DNA of 64,000 bases from an uncultured delta proteobacterium (GTDB lineage: Bacteria; Desulfobacterota; Syntrophia; Syntrophales; UBA5619). The notes under the pieces are model-generated. The model was not told the origin of the DNA. It did no database searches and saw nothing but the letters and a program-made list of their open reading frames with translations. The position numbers were made by a program, and so were the translations under genes. Positions 30,853-40,988 of this stretch are shown here, piece by piece (the first letter of the stretch is position 1; the number at the start of each line of letters is the position of its first letter). The stretch is taken from positions 416,001 to 480,000 of the forward strand of contig CAWFOM010000005.1 of the NCBI GenBank assembly GCA_963817385.1. The letters run 5' to 3'.

Positions 30853-31449
30853 GTGCATCAAAGTTCCCTGGATAAGATGCTGGCATTCAGAAAGAAGTAT
30901 CTGGAGAGCAGGGAAAACGAGCCATTATTAATACTCGATCTGGGGAGCCTTGACGTAAACGGTTCTTACCGGGGGTGCTTTGAGGTTTCTTCCTGGACAT
31001 ACCGAGGGATTGATATGGCTGCCGGCAAGAATGTGGACATTGTTCTTCATGATCCCTATAACTGGCGGGAAATAAAATCAAATTCGGCCGATGTTGTGGT
31101 TTCAGGACAAGCGTTCGAACATGTCGAATTCTTCTGGCTGACCATGCTGGAAATAGCCAGAGTCTTAAAACCTGAGGGAATATGTTGTCTGATCGCTCCC
31201 TCAGGCGGTCCCGAACATCGTTATCCGGTCGACTGTTGGCGTTTTTATCCTGATGGATTCGCTGCGCTTGCCCGTTTCGCTGCTCTGGAAGTTTCAGAGG
31301 TTTATTCACAAAGCGGAACGACCGGTTACTCTGATGGAAGTGACATGTGGCAGGATACCGTTTTAGTGTGCCGGAAACCCGCTTCATCAAAATTATCTTT
31401 GTGGAAAAAGGATTTCCGACATTACCTGCTGCATAGGTTATTGAGGTAA
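30853..31449 (+). CDS. SAM-dependent methyltransferase
   Basis: LDLGSLDVNGSY, SGQAFEHV, HRYPVDCWRF; GTG start inferred. Confidence 0.85.
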   Translation: MHQSSLDKMLAFRKKYLESRENEPLLILDLGSLDVNGSYRGCFEVSSWTYRGIDMAAGKNVDIVLHDPYNWREIKSNSADVVVSGQAFEHVEFFWLTMLEIARVLKPEGICCLIAPSGGPEHRYPVDCWRFYPDGFAALARFAALEVSEVYSQSGTTGYSDGSDMWQDTVLVCRKPASSKLSLWKKDFRHYLLHRLLR

Positions 31450-31498
31450 CATATGAGAAAGGCTCGGCCCCTGTATTTTCAATCGGGAGCATGATTTG

Positions 31499-32654
31499 AT
31501 GTACGGACCCTTCAATCTGCTGGATTACGACATTGCCTTTCGTAGGCCGCGGAGACTCACGGATGTGGACGGTTGGCATCTGCATATTCCTTTTGCGTTC
31601 GTGATTACGGCAATGCTCCAGCCTCAAGAAATTTGTCGAGTTGGGAACCCATAAAGGGGATTCCTATTGCGCATTCTGCCAGGCCGTGGGTGAGTTTTCC
31701 TTGAATACGGTCTGTTATGCCGTGGATAGTTGGCAGGGTGATGAACAGACCGGCTTTTACGGCGCGGAGGTGTTGGAAGAGTTACGAGCTTATCATGATG
31801 CTTCATATGGCGGTTTTTCAAGCCTGATGAAATGCTTTTTCGATGATGCCCTGGATTATTTTTCTGAGGGCTCCATTGACCTCCTCCATATTGATGGCCG
31901 CCATATCTATAATTCCGTTAGGCATGATTTTGAATCATGGTTGCCCAAGATGAGCCGGCGAGGGATCATGCTGTTTCATGATACCAATGTCCGCGAACGA
32001 GAGTTTGGTGTTTGGCGGCTGTGGGAAGAGATTTCAAGGCAATACCCGAGTTTTGAGTTCAGGTTTGGCAATGGCTTGGGTGTTCTTGCCGTTGGCGAAC
32101 AAATCGAGGAAGAGGTGCGGGCGTTTTTGGAATATGGAAAAGACAATGAGACCCATGTTTCCAGATTCTTTTACCACCTGGGAATAAAAAATAAACTGGA
32201 CTTTCAAAAGGCTGCTCTTTCGGTGCAAGTATATCAATTGCAGAATACGTTATCGGACCGTGATAAAAGACTGCAGCAGGCTGATGAGTGGTCAAGGCAG
32301 GCTGATGAGTGGTTAAGGCAAAATAAAGCTGCCATACAGGAAAAAGATCTCCAATTGCAACAGACTAATGAGTGGCTACTGCTGAATAAGACTGCAATAC
32401 AGGAAAAAGATCTCCAATTGCAGCAGGCCGACCAGTCGTTAAGGGAATATCAAACGGTAATTAGAGAAAAGGAACTTCAATTAATAGAACTGATACAAGA
32501 AAAAGATATGCAATTGCAGCGAAGTCAGGCATTTCAAGGATTAAGTGAAGAGCAAAATCGTCAGTTGAATGAAATTTATACCTCAAAAGGATGGCGATGG
32601 TTAATGCGTTATAGAAAAATGAAAGCCTTACTCGATTGCCACCCAAGAAAATAA
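31499..32654 (+). CDS. Methyltransferase (Methyltransf_24 type) with C-terminal coiled coil; frameshift ~31625
   Basis: W..HIPFAF, VELGTH.GDSY, DSWQGDE, DLLHIDG.H.Y, HDT; Gln/Glu-rich repeats; ends IYTSKGWR. Confidence 0.82.
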
Positions 32655-32720
32655 TCGAAGAGAAAGACACGAAATGAGAAACCAGATTCCTTGGGACAGT
32701 TATGAAGTAAGGACGAGAAT

Positions 32721-33698
32721 ATGAATCTATCAAACACCGTTACTATGTCAGAGCAGATCGCTATCGACTGGACCAGCACGTTTGATTACAAAAAGCTTAC
32801 GGAAGAAGAGCTCCAGAAATATTCAACAGTAGAGATCACCGCAGATCTTCACGAGGGTGGGGTCCACGCTCAGAAGGCATGGGGGTTTTGGTTTGAGTAT
32901 CTGTCGAAACAGTTATGGAAATCTTCATTAGGCGAAGAGATCGTGCAGTTCTCTAATACCATCAATAATCCCGGGATTTTGAGTCTCGGATGCGGGTATG
33001 GCGGCGTAGAGATTTCCATCGCACGCTCATTAAACAAGCCCTACGAAATCATAGCCACTGACATCAACGATCAGATTTTTGCAAAGGCCCGTGAAGAGGT
33101 GAAGAAAGAGGGATTAAAGGTTCATTTTTTGCAGCTCGATCTGAATTTTATCTCTCTCCAGGAAAACACGTTCGACCTTATTTTTGCTCACGCCTCTCTG
33201 CACCACTTGCTGAACCTGGAGCATGTTTTTTCCCAGATTCATCGGGGGCTGAAAAAAAACGGGCGACTGATCGTTCAAGACATCATCGGCAAAACACAGG
33301 TGCTCTTTTGGAAGGACAATGTTGATTTCGCCAGGGATATCGTCAAAAAAATGCCTGCTCGTTATAAAGCCGGCATCGCCAAACCGGATGACATCATCGC
33401 TCCCTATCGTGAACCCTCGATCCAGAAAGACATGGAGGGAATCCGCCAGGAGGAGATAGAACTGCAGGCCAGCAAATTTTTTACGCCGATCAAGATGTTC
33501 AAGTACGGTTCTTATATGAGGATGATCTGCACGAATCCGGAGCTCGGCAGACGGCTTGATCCCGACACGAAAGCGGACAGAGAATACCTGGAATATCTTT
33601 TCCAACTGGATCTTCAACAGGTACAAATGAAGAATCTTCGCCCGACCGAAATGCTTGCTGTATATATAAAAAAGGATTTGGCCGATGTTCATGAATAA
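32721..33698 (+). CDS. Class I SAM-dependent methyltransferase
   Basis: ILSLGCGYG, FDLIF...SLHH. Confidence 0.85.
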   Translation: MNLSNTVTMSEQIAIDWTSTFDYKKLTEEELQKYSTVEITADLHEGGVHAQKAWGFWFEYLSKQLWKSSLGEEIVQFSNTINNPGILSLGCGYGGVEISIARSLNKPYEIIATDINDQIFAKAREEVKKEGLKVHFLQLDLNFISLQENTFDLIFAHASLHHLLNLEHVFSQIHRGLKKNGRLIVQDIIGKTQVLFWKDNVDFARDIVKKMPARYKAGIAKPDDIIAPYREPSIQKDMEGIRQEEIELQASKFFTPIKMFKYGSYMRMICTNPELGRRLDPDTKADREYLEYLFQLDLQQVQMKNLRPTEMLAVYIKKDLADVHE

Positions 33699-33728
33699 TG
33701 CGGTAGCGCACGACAAATGGGAACTTAA
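33582..33728 (+). repeat. Direct repeat copy 1 (3' end of the methyltransferase gene plus spacer)
   Basis: GAATACCTGGAATATCTTTT...GGAACTTAA; similar to 34621-34768. Confidence 0.88.
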
Positions 33729-33796
33729 GTACAGTTAATATCATCTAAACATCTTAATCACATTAATTATTCAACTACGGCCAGAGAGGGACGGCA

Positions 33797-34528
33797 ATGA
33801 AATCGATTATTGATAAGCTGTACGAAGACAAACCTCACTTCCATCGGGCTGATGATACGAATTGGACTTCCTGGAATTCGAACTGGAATCTGTTGCGCCT
33901 GATACAAGACCTGCTACAACCAGATATGAAGTGTCTGGAGATTGGGTCAGGCTATAGCACGGTTATTTTTGTTTACAATAGGTGTTTTCATATGTGTATT
34001 ACCCCTGACCCAGATGAAGTGAGCAGAATAAGAGAATACTGCACAGAATCAGGAATACCCTTGGATAGATTTGATTCCAGGATTGGGTTCTCGACCGATA
34101 TTCTTCCCCTGTATCACGATAAAGGCAAGGATTTGATCCTTGTTGATGGCGCCCACGCGTTTCCCTTCCCTATCGTTGATTGGTTCTTCGCAACAAAGCT
34201 GTTAAACGATGGGGGACTCATGATAATTGACGATATAGACATTGCCAGTTGCAATATACTCGTCAAGTTTCTTCTGTCCGATCGCTTTTGGGAACGAATT
34301 ATCGTTAAGGATAATTTTGCCGTATTCCGGAAAATCCATAATCCTCTTGGTGATCATCTATATACCGGCGATTGGCCTGCCCAGCCATTTAGCCAGGGGA
34401 AGATGCCTCTCAGCGACCTCCTGCATACCCCGGATTCGGCGCCACCTGCTCCAGAGCCGGAGGGTGAAGATATTCCAAATATTGGCTCCACTTCTAAAGT
34501 CGAAATCGACTGGAAAGGCACTTCCTGA
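33797..34528 (+). CDS. SAM-dependent methyltransferase
   Basis: LEIGSGYST, DLILVDGAHAFP, GG..IIDD. Confidence 0.82.
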   Translation: MKSIIDKLYEDKPHFHRADDTNWTSWNSNWNLLRLIQDLLQPDMKCLEIGSGYSTVIFVYNRCFHMCITPDPDEVSRIREYCTESGIPLDRFDSRIGFSTDILPLYHDKGKDLILVDGAHAFPFPIVDWFFATKLLNDGGLMIIDDIDIASCNILVKFLLSDRFWERIIVKDNFAVFRKIHNPLGDHLYTGDWPAQPFSQGKMPLSDLLHTPDSAPPAPEPEGEDIPNIGSTSKVEIDWKGTS

Positions 34529-34620
34529 AGTCCGTATTTGATATACCTCGTCTATCCCCTCCGGGAGCGGCGGCCGGTTCACCAAGCCATCGAATCCCCG
34601 CTCAATCGAAAACGTACGGC

Positions 34621-34768
34621 GAATACCTGGAATATCTTTTTCAACCGGATCTTCAACAGGTACGAATGAAGGAACTTTGCCCGACCGAAATGTTCGCTGA
34701 ATATATAAAAAAGGATTCGGCCGATCTCCCATGCATAATGCGGAAGCGCACAACAAAGGGGAACTTAA
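34621..34768 (+). repeat. Direct repeat copy 2 (degenerate, non-coding)
   Basis: Diverged copy of 33582-33728 ending at the ATG of the next gene. Confidence 0.88.
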
Positions 34769-36217
34769 ATGCAATTAATATCAAAATATTTTAATCGCAT
34801 TAATTACCCCACTTATTTTATTATTCTATTTCTCCTTAAGGCTACAATTTTTTATATTGACCGTATGCCAATGTTTTTCCTCGGTGATTCTCATAGTTAT
34901 ATAACTACATCGTTGACCGGATGGATACCACTTGATAGATCTTTTCTTTACGGCTTCTTTATAAGAATAATTTCTGTCTCATCTTCATCATTGACATCAT
35001 TGATTGCTGCCCAAGTTTGTGCTGGGCTTATAACCTCTTTTCTCATTGCATATTCTCTCGTTAAGTTTTTCTCAGTGAATCGTAGATTATCCTTACTGTT
35101 TGGTTTCTTATGTGCGATTGAGCCTTTACAATTATTATATGAACGCTATGTAATGACTGAAACAATCTCTCTACTCATATTTTCTTTTTATCTGGTAACA
35201 ATTTTTTATTACATCAAACGACAGAGTTCATTATTAATAATATTAGTGCAAATACTAGGAACGTTCCTCATTAGCTTTAGGATGAGTTTTTTACCGTTGG
35301 TTTTAGCTAATTGCATAATATTGCCGTTTCTCGCCTTCCCGGTCTTGACAAATAACAACCCGTCTAAAAAAATTGCCGTCAATAATTTTTTTGTACTCAC
35401 GCATGATTCATTCCGGGCAATTGGGCTAATTTCCCTACATCTTTTCCTGTCTTTGGGATCGACATATCTTCTCCACAACGGCTACAAGAATCTTAACGGA
35501 TTATTGTCGAAAAAACCGCCGGCCTATTACTATCAAGGCGGGATTTTCTTGTTGTCTAATTGGTCACCTATTGTAAAACCTATTGATTTCAGCCGCCCTG
35601 AACTTACTCCTTTAGTTTTTGCTAATTTAAAATTTGATTTGCGGGATCGTCATACCAGAGATTCGCAGCACTGGAGGCCCGGCGGCATCATCGATAATCT
35701 GAATAAAGCCATCCCTGACAATCTGGAAGCCGACAGTGTTGCTAAAGCCACTGCAATGAATGCTCTCAGAAGAGACCCTCTTGCACTGGCATTGCTTTCA
35801 ATAAAAACCTTCGAAGATTATTTCAATGTAGATTGGCTGCAGGGGAGCATGAAAAATGACTCGGGAAATAGGCCTTTGCCCGAAGGATTGCTTGATGTTC
35901 TGAGGTATAATTTCAATCTATCTGCTGAACAATTGCCATTCACGAGAACGTTCACTAAATATTATTATTTCAAGTGCTGGCCTTGGTATCTATTTTTATT
36001 ATTTTTACCCGCATTATGCATTGTGAATCTTTTTCTCTGTAGTGCTAGCGTCAATAAATATGTTCTTGTTCTTTTATTAGTATCGATAGAGATTGTAGCT
36101 GTTGCCATTGCATTAGTTGAAGGGCCAACCGTACGTTATCTCCATCCGGCTGCTTGGCTGTCTTTTTTGGTGCTTGGCCCTTTCTCTAACGCGATATTCA
36201 AGCTAAAAAGCAACTGA
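34769..36217 (+). CDS. Polytopic membrane protein, probable GT-C glycosyltransferase (AT-rich)
   Basis: About 11 TM segments; GDS.SY after TM1, VMTET, RY..P motifs. Confidence 0.6.
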   Translation: MQLISKYFNRINYPTYFIILFLLKATIFYIDRMPMFFLGDSHSYITTSLTGWIPLDRSFLYGFFIRIISVSSSSLTSLIAAQVCAGLITSFLIAYSLVKFFSVNRRLSLLFGFLCAIEPLQLLYERYVMTETISLLIFSFYLVTIFYYIKRQSSLLIILVQILGTFLISFRMSFLPLVLANCIILPFLAFPVLTNNNPSKKIAVNNFFVLTHDSFRAIGLISLHLFLSLGSTYLLHNGYKNLNGLLSKKPPAYYYQGGIFLLSNWSPIVKPIDFSRPELTPLVFANLKFDLRDRHTRDSQHWRPGGIIDNLNKAIPDNLEADSVAKATAMNALRRDPLALALLSIKTFEDYFNVDWLQGSMKNDSGNRPLPEGLLDVLRYNFNLSAEQLPFTRTFTKYYYFKCWPWYLFLLFLPALCIVNLFLCSASVNKYVLVLLLVSIEIVAVAIALVEGPTVRYLHPAAWLSFLVLGPFSNAIFKLKSN

Positions 36218-36240
36218 TTACGTTTTCAATAAAGGAGTAA

Positions 36241-37455
36241 ATGCGCTACTATAACTATGTAATTCTTGGTGCAGGTCCAACCGGCTTGAGCGTTGCTCAT
36301 GCTTTATGGAAATTGGGAGAGGACTCTTTTCTTCTGCTCGAACAAGAGTCTCTTCCCGGTGGGTTATGTCGTAGTGAAGACGTAGATAAAAAGCCATTGG
36401 ATATCGGTGGCGGTCATTTTCTCGATGTCAAACGAGTAGAAGTGCTGGACCTTCTTTTCCGTTTCCTGCCCCACTCTGAGTGGCAGGAATATACCCGCAT
36501 ATCGCGTATCAATCTGTGGGGAAAAGAGATTGATTACCCCCTTGAGGCGAACTTGTGGCAGTTGCCGATAACTGACCAGCTTGACTTCCTGGAGTCGATA
36601 GCCCGGGCGGGTTGTGTTAGCGGCTCTCCTGCGCCAGAAGCCTTTGACGAGTGGATCATTTGGAAACTGGGAGACCGCATTGCTGAAGAATACATGCTCC
36701 CCTACAACCGCAAGATATGGTCGACCGAACTCAACGAACTCGGCACATACTGGCTCTACAAACTTCCGGATGTTTCATTCCGCGAGACCCTACAAAGCTG
36801 TCTCGAAGGCAAACTTTTAGGCAGCCTGCCCGCCCATGGAACTTTCCTGTATCCCAAGGAATACGGTTATGGAGAAGTCTGGAGACGGATGGGTGAATCC
36901 TTGGGAGAAAAACTGCTTACCTCAACACCTGTTACAAGTATCGACATCGAAAACAGGATCATAAATAGTGAATTCTGTGCAAAAAAAATAATTTCCACCA
37001 TACCGTGGACTATCTGGCCAAAAGTAGCTAGTGTTCCTGAATCCATTATATCGCAAATATCCAGACTGCGTCATGTGGCTATTGACGTAGACTACCACCC
37101 AGATACTTTAACTTCTAACTCTCATTGGATTTACGAACCAGATGAGCGTCTTGCTCACCATAGGATACTGTGCAGAAACAATTTCTGCCGGGGAAGCAAG
37201 GGCTATTGGACGGAAACCAACGCAAAACGGGCATCTGTCAAAGGTGAGTTCCATTACAGAAACGAGTACGCCTATCCGCTCAATACGAAAGATAAGCCCA
37301 AGGCTATAGCCGATATCCTTTTCTGGGCAGAACAAAACCACATCATAGGACTGGGTCGTTGGGGCGCCTGGGAACACATGAATTCCGATGTGGCCGTTGA
37401 GGCGGGAATCGCCGCTGCAGAGCAAATCCATGGAAATCAAAAAGGTAGGCGATGA
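36241..37455 (+). CDS. FAD-dependent oxidoreductase, UDP-sugar pyranose mutase-like
   Basis: GAGPTG, GGLCRS, D.GGGH, PYNRKIW, YAYP, GRWGAWEH.NSD. Confidence 0.7.
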   Translation: MRYYNYVILGAGPTGLSVAHALWKLGEDSFLLLEQESLPGGLCRSEDVDKKPLDIGGGHFLDVKRVEVLDLLFRFLPHSEWQEYTRISRINLWGKEIDYPLEANLWQLPITDQLDFLESIARAGCVSGSPAPEAFDEWIIWKLGDRIAEEYMLPYNRKIWSTELNELGTYWLYKLPDVSFRETLQSCLEGKLLGSLPAHGTFLYPKEYGYGEVWRRMGESLGEKLLTSTPVTSIDIENRIINSEFCAKKIISTIPWTIWPKVASVPESIISQISRLRHVAIDVDYHPDTLTSNSHWIYEPDERLAHHRILCRNNFCRGSKGYWTETNAKRASVKGEFHYRNEYAYPLNTKDKPKAIADILFWAEQNHIIGLGRWGAWEHMNSDVAVEAGIAAAEQIHGNQKGRR

Positions 37456-38138
37456 AAATATCTCTCTGCTTATTGGTATGGAATGAGTTGGAAGGATGCA
37501 AAATCGATGTACCGAACATGTCGCGCGAAGAATTCGATGAAATCTACGCCATCGATGGGGGTAGCACGGACGGTACTGTGGAATATCTGCAAACTCAAGG
37601 TATCCCCGTTTACCGCCAGCCCCAAAAAGGACTGAATGCCGCTTACATCCACGCCGTCGAAATGTCGAGCTGCGACGCGGTAGTCGTCTATTTTCCCAAA
37701 GGCACAATATCCGTCTCGACCCTGAAGAATTTTCGCCCGTTTTTGGAATCCGGCATTGACTTGGTCGTCGCCAGCCGTAACATCGGGGGTGCACGAAACG
37801 AGGAAGACAGGAACCTTATCAAGCCGCGGAAATGGGGAGTACTATGCATTGCACTGGTTGCCGCCCTGCTTTGGCGGCGTGAGGGCTATATGGTCAGGGA
37901 TGTGCTTCACGGCTATAAAGGATTCACCGTCTCGGGTTTCAGAAAAATAGCACCGGTTGACTATGGCCTTTCAATAGATATTGAAATGGTTGTAAGATCA
38001 TACCGTTTAGGCTTGAAGCGAGCAGAATTTCCGGTCAGGGAAACTGCTCGCCCCTTTGGTGCAACCAAATTTAAAATACTTCCTACCGGAATGAAATTAC
38101 TAAAATATTTATGGTGGGAATTCAACCGTAAAACTTAA
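37452..38138 (+). CDS. GT2 glycosyltransferase (polyprenyl-P-sugar synthase-like)
   Basis: NE, IDGGSTDGT, VVASR, D.LHGYKG. Confidence 0.75.
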   Translation: MKISLCLLVWNELEGCKIDVPNMSREEFDEIYAIDGGSTDGTVEYLQTQGIPVYRQPQKGLNAAYIHAVEMSSCDAVVVYFPKGTISVSTLKNFRPFLESGIDLVVASRNIGGARNEEDRNLIKPRKWGVLCIALVAALLWRREGYMVRDVLHGYKGFTVSGFRKIAPVDYGLSIDIEMVVRSYRLGLKRAEFPVRETARPFGATKFKILPTGMKLLKYLWWEFNRKT

Positions 38139-38435
38139 GTTTATTATGAATGCTTGGAGTACCCCTATCTGGCCGGTCACTGTCCTAACGTAAGTTGAGA
38201 TTCTTATCCTCTCGTCGAGACTTCGTCTCCCCCGGACACGCCCAATGACCGAAATCGATAACTCCTACATAAAAACGGATAATGCATACTTCCGCATCAT
38301 GAACTGCCGTCATCGCTTCCTTTTTCGACACAATGGGTTGTGATAAATCGCCTTGACATACAAGACCGCTTTTACTATCGTCATCTCGCGCAAAAGCTAC
38401 TTAAATATAACATCTATGGCGGTAATGATGCTGAT

Positions 38436-40937
38436 ATGAGTTTTCCCCCTTTGTCTGTTCCCATCGCCTACCAGATGCCGGAACGTCTCACTGATGTTTC
38501 TTCCTGGCATGGCCTGATTCCTCTCGCCTTCGTCCTGATGGACCTACACCGACCGCGGGTTTTCGTGGAACTGGGCACCCACATGGGCGATTCCTATAGT
38601 GCCTTTTGTCAGGCGGTGAGTACCCTGGAGTTGCCCACCAATTGTTGGGCGGTAGACACCTGGCTGGGTGACGAGCATGCAGGAAGGTACGATTCCTCCG
38701 TTTATGATCAATTGAAGGAGTGGCATGATCCGCGCTTTGGCCGGTTTTCCACACTCATCCGGTCCACCTTTGATCAGGCCCTGACACACTTTTCCGACGG
38801 GTCGATCGATCTGCTGAATATCGATGGTCTGCATACTTACGAGGCGGTCAGACATGATTTTGAAAGCTGGCTACCCAAGATGAGTAATCGAGGCCTGATA
38901 TTGATTCACGACACCGTTGTGCGGGAAAGGGACTTTGGTGTGTGGCGTCTGTGGGAAGAATTGGCAGCCCGATATCCGGCTATGGAATTCCGTTTCAGCT
39001 ATGGCCTGGGTTTGCTCGGCGTGGGGTCAGCAATCGACAGCCCCATCAAAGATTGGTTTTCCATGGATACCGCCGGGCGCAGTGCATTAGAGCAGTATTT
39101 TTTCAGTTTGGGGGAACGAGTGGTCTATAAGCACCGTTCCATGGAACTCACAGCGGAGTGCCTGTCTCTACGGGAAAACGTGGAGCATCTGCGGGAAAAC
39201 GTGGAGCATCTGCGAGGGAACTTGGCGTCTGAAAGTAACGTCTTGCATGACGCCCTGCAGCGGGAAAAAACCTTGTATGAGCAGGTGAAACGTGATCAGG
39301 CCAGTTTGGCCATTTCGCAGGTTCAACTAAGGACCACCCAGCAACAGAATGAGCAACTCCGGCAATCCCTTGTCGAGGCGGAGCAGGCCCTAGCCGGCAT
39401 CCGGAATGAGGTGGCCCAGCGTAACGTGCAACTGGCGGATGCCGAGCAGGCCTTAGCCGGCGTCCGGGATGAGATGGCCCGGCGTGACGCGAAACTGGCG
39501 GAACTCTACCAATCGACATCCTGGCAGGTGACCGGACCGTTGCGGACCGCCAAAGTCATGCTACGCAGGATGCGTGGCACCATGGACTTGCTTAGGTCGT
39601 CCGGGTTGCAGCACTATGCGCGCCGGATGTATCACCGGATGCCGCTACCGTTGAGGGCCAAGTGGTGGCTTAAAACGACCTATCTGAAACGGCAAACCCT
39701 GATGGATCCGGATACCCTGGGGAGCCTGATACCGGACTGGAATCCTTTGCAGGATGTGGCCGAGAGCGCAGGCCGGTATGATCCGTCCCAGCCTTGGTTT
39801 TTGGTGGTGGATTGGTATTTCCCCAGCCCGGACAAGGATTCGGGGTCGGTACGCATGTCCGGAATCCTGCGTCTGCTGAAAGAGCAAGGCTTTCGCCTCA
39901 CCTTTGCTTCGGATAACGCTGAAGAACAGATCAACTACCGACGGCAATTGGAGGTGCAGGGTATCGAAACCGTGCTGGGCTATCACGCCATCCTGGAGCA
40001 TCTGGGGCAGCAGGGCGGAAAATACCGTTACGTCATCCTGTCGCGGCCCGATTTTGCCTTCCGGTATCTTCCCGCAGTGAGGGCCTTCGCGTTGAATGCC
40101 GAGGTTGCTTTTGATACGGTGGATCTTCATTGGGTGAGGTTTGAGCGGGAGATGGAGGTTTCCGGGGACTGCAATCTCAAAGAGCAGATCGACCATTATC
40201 GGCGGATCGAACTGTTCAACACTGCCTGCTCCGATATGGTTTTGGCCATCACCCCTGAGGAAAAGGCGCGCCTGTTGGAAGAGAAGCCGGATGCCCGCGT
40301 GGAGATTCTGCCCAACATTCATGATCCGCAGCCCTTGGTTACCCCGTTTGCCCAACGCAAAGGATTGATGTTCATCGGCGGGTTCTGGCACACGCCCAAC
40401 CAGGACGCGGTGCGCTATTTCGTGGACCAGATCCTTCCCCTGGTGATTGAGGCCATACCGGACATTGTCTTCACTATCATCGGCAGCAATATGCCTCACT
40501 TTATCAAAGCGATGCGCTGCGAGCATATCGAACCGCTAGGTTACGTCGCCGACGTGCAGCCCTATTTTGCCTCCTGCCGGGTGTTTGTGGCGCCGTTGCG
40601 CTATGGAGCCGGCATGAAGGGGAAGATCGGCCAGAGCATGGCCTATGGCCTGCCGGTGGTGATGACTACCATCGGTGCGGAAGGGATGGGACTGGCGGAT
40701 GGGCAGCACATGTTGCTCGCCGATACGCCCAGCGCCTTCGTCGATGCGGTGGTCAGACTCTATTTCGACTCCGATCTTTGGCACCGGTTGTCAACCAACG
40801 CCCTGGTCCATTTGCAGGAACATTATTCGATGGCGGCGACGCGGCGACGGCTGGCTGCGATGTTTCCCCTGCCGGAGGCAGCGGCAAGGGAAACGCGGCA
40901 GCAGAACGCTGTGCTGCATAAGGGCGGAGAGGCATAG
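38436..40937 (+). CDS. Methyltransferase / coiled-coil / GT4 fusion protein
   Basis: N-terminal domain paralogous to the 31499 gene; coiled coil ending STSWQVTGPLR; PDKDSGS.R, F.HTPN.DA, APLRYGAGMKGK. Confidence 0.85.
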   Translation: MSFPPLSVPIAYQMPERLTDVSSWHGLIPLAFVLMDLHRPRVFVELGTHMGDSYSAFCQAVSTLELPTNCWAVDTWLGDEHAGRYDSSVYDQLKEWHDPRFGRFSTLIRSTFDQALTHFSDGSIDLLNIDGLHTYEAVRHDFESWLPKMSNRGLILIHDTVVRERDFGVWRLWEELAARYPAMEFRFSYGLGLLGVGSAIDSPIKDWFSMDTAGRSALEQYFFSLGERVVYKHRSMELTAECLSLRENVEHLRENVEHLRGNLASESNVLHDALQREKTLYEQVKRDQASLAISQVQLRTTQQQNEQLRQSLVEAEQALAGIRNEVAQRNVQLADAEQALAGVRDEMARRDAKLAELYQSTSWQVTGPLRTAKVMLRRMRGTMDLLRSSGLQHYARRMYHRMPLPLRAKWWLKTTYLKRQTLMDPDTLGSLIPDWNPLQDVAESAGRYDPSQPWFLVVDWYFPSPDKDSGSVRMSGILRLLKEQGFRLTFASDNAEEQINYRRQLEVQGIETVLGYHAILEHLGQQGGKYRYVILSRPDFAFRYLPAVRAFALNAEVAFDTVDLHWVRFEREMEVSGDCNLKEQIDHYRRIELFNTACSDMVLAITPEEKARLLEEKPDARVEILPNIHDPQPLVTPFAQRKGLMFIGGFWHTPNQDAVRYFVDQILPLVIEAIPDIVFTIIGSNMPHFIKAMRCEHIEPLGYVADVQPYFASCRVFVAPLRYGAGMKGKIGQSMAYGLPVVMTTIGAEGMGLADGQHMLLADTPSAFVDAVVRLYFDSDLWHRLSTNALVHLQEHYSMAATRRRLAAMFPLPEAAARETRQQNAVLHKGGEA

Positions 40938-40988
40938 AGCAAGGTCTGGCGGCACAGGCCTCTGCCCGGCCGCTGATTGAGGAGAACA

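Noticed and set aside
34530..34620. Minus-strand RGFDGLVNRPPLP as an IS481-like fragment
   Set aside because: Too short to support without a database search.
38170..38200. CACTGTCCTAACGTAAGTTGA as an IS terminal repeat
   Set aside because: No partner end or transposase visible.
38353..38381. TTGACA-N17-TATCGT promoter before the fusion gene
   Set aside because: Plausible, but the -10 element is weak and there is no further support.
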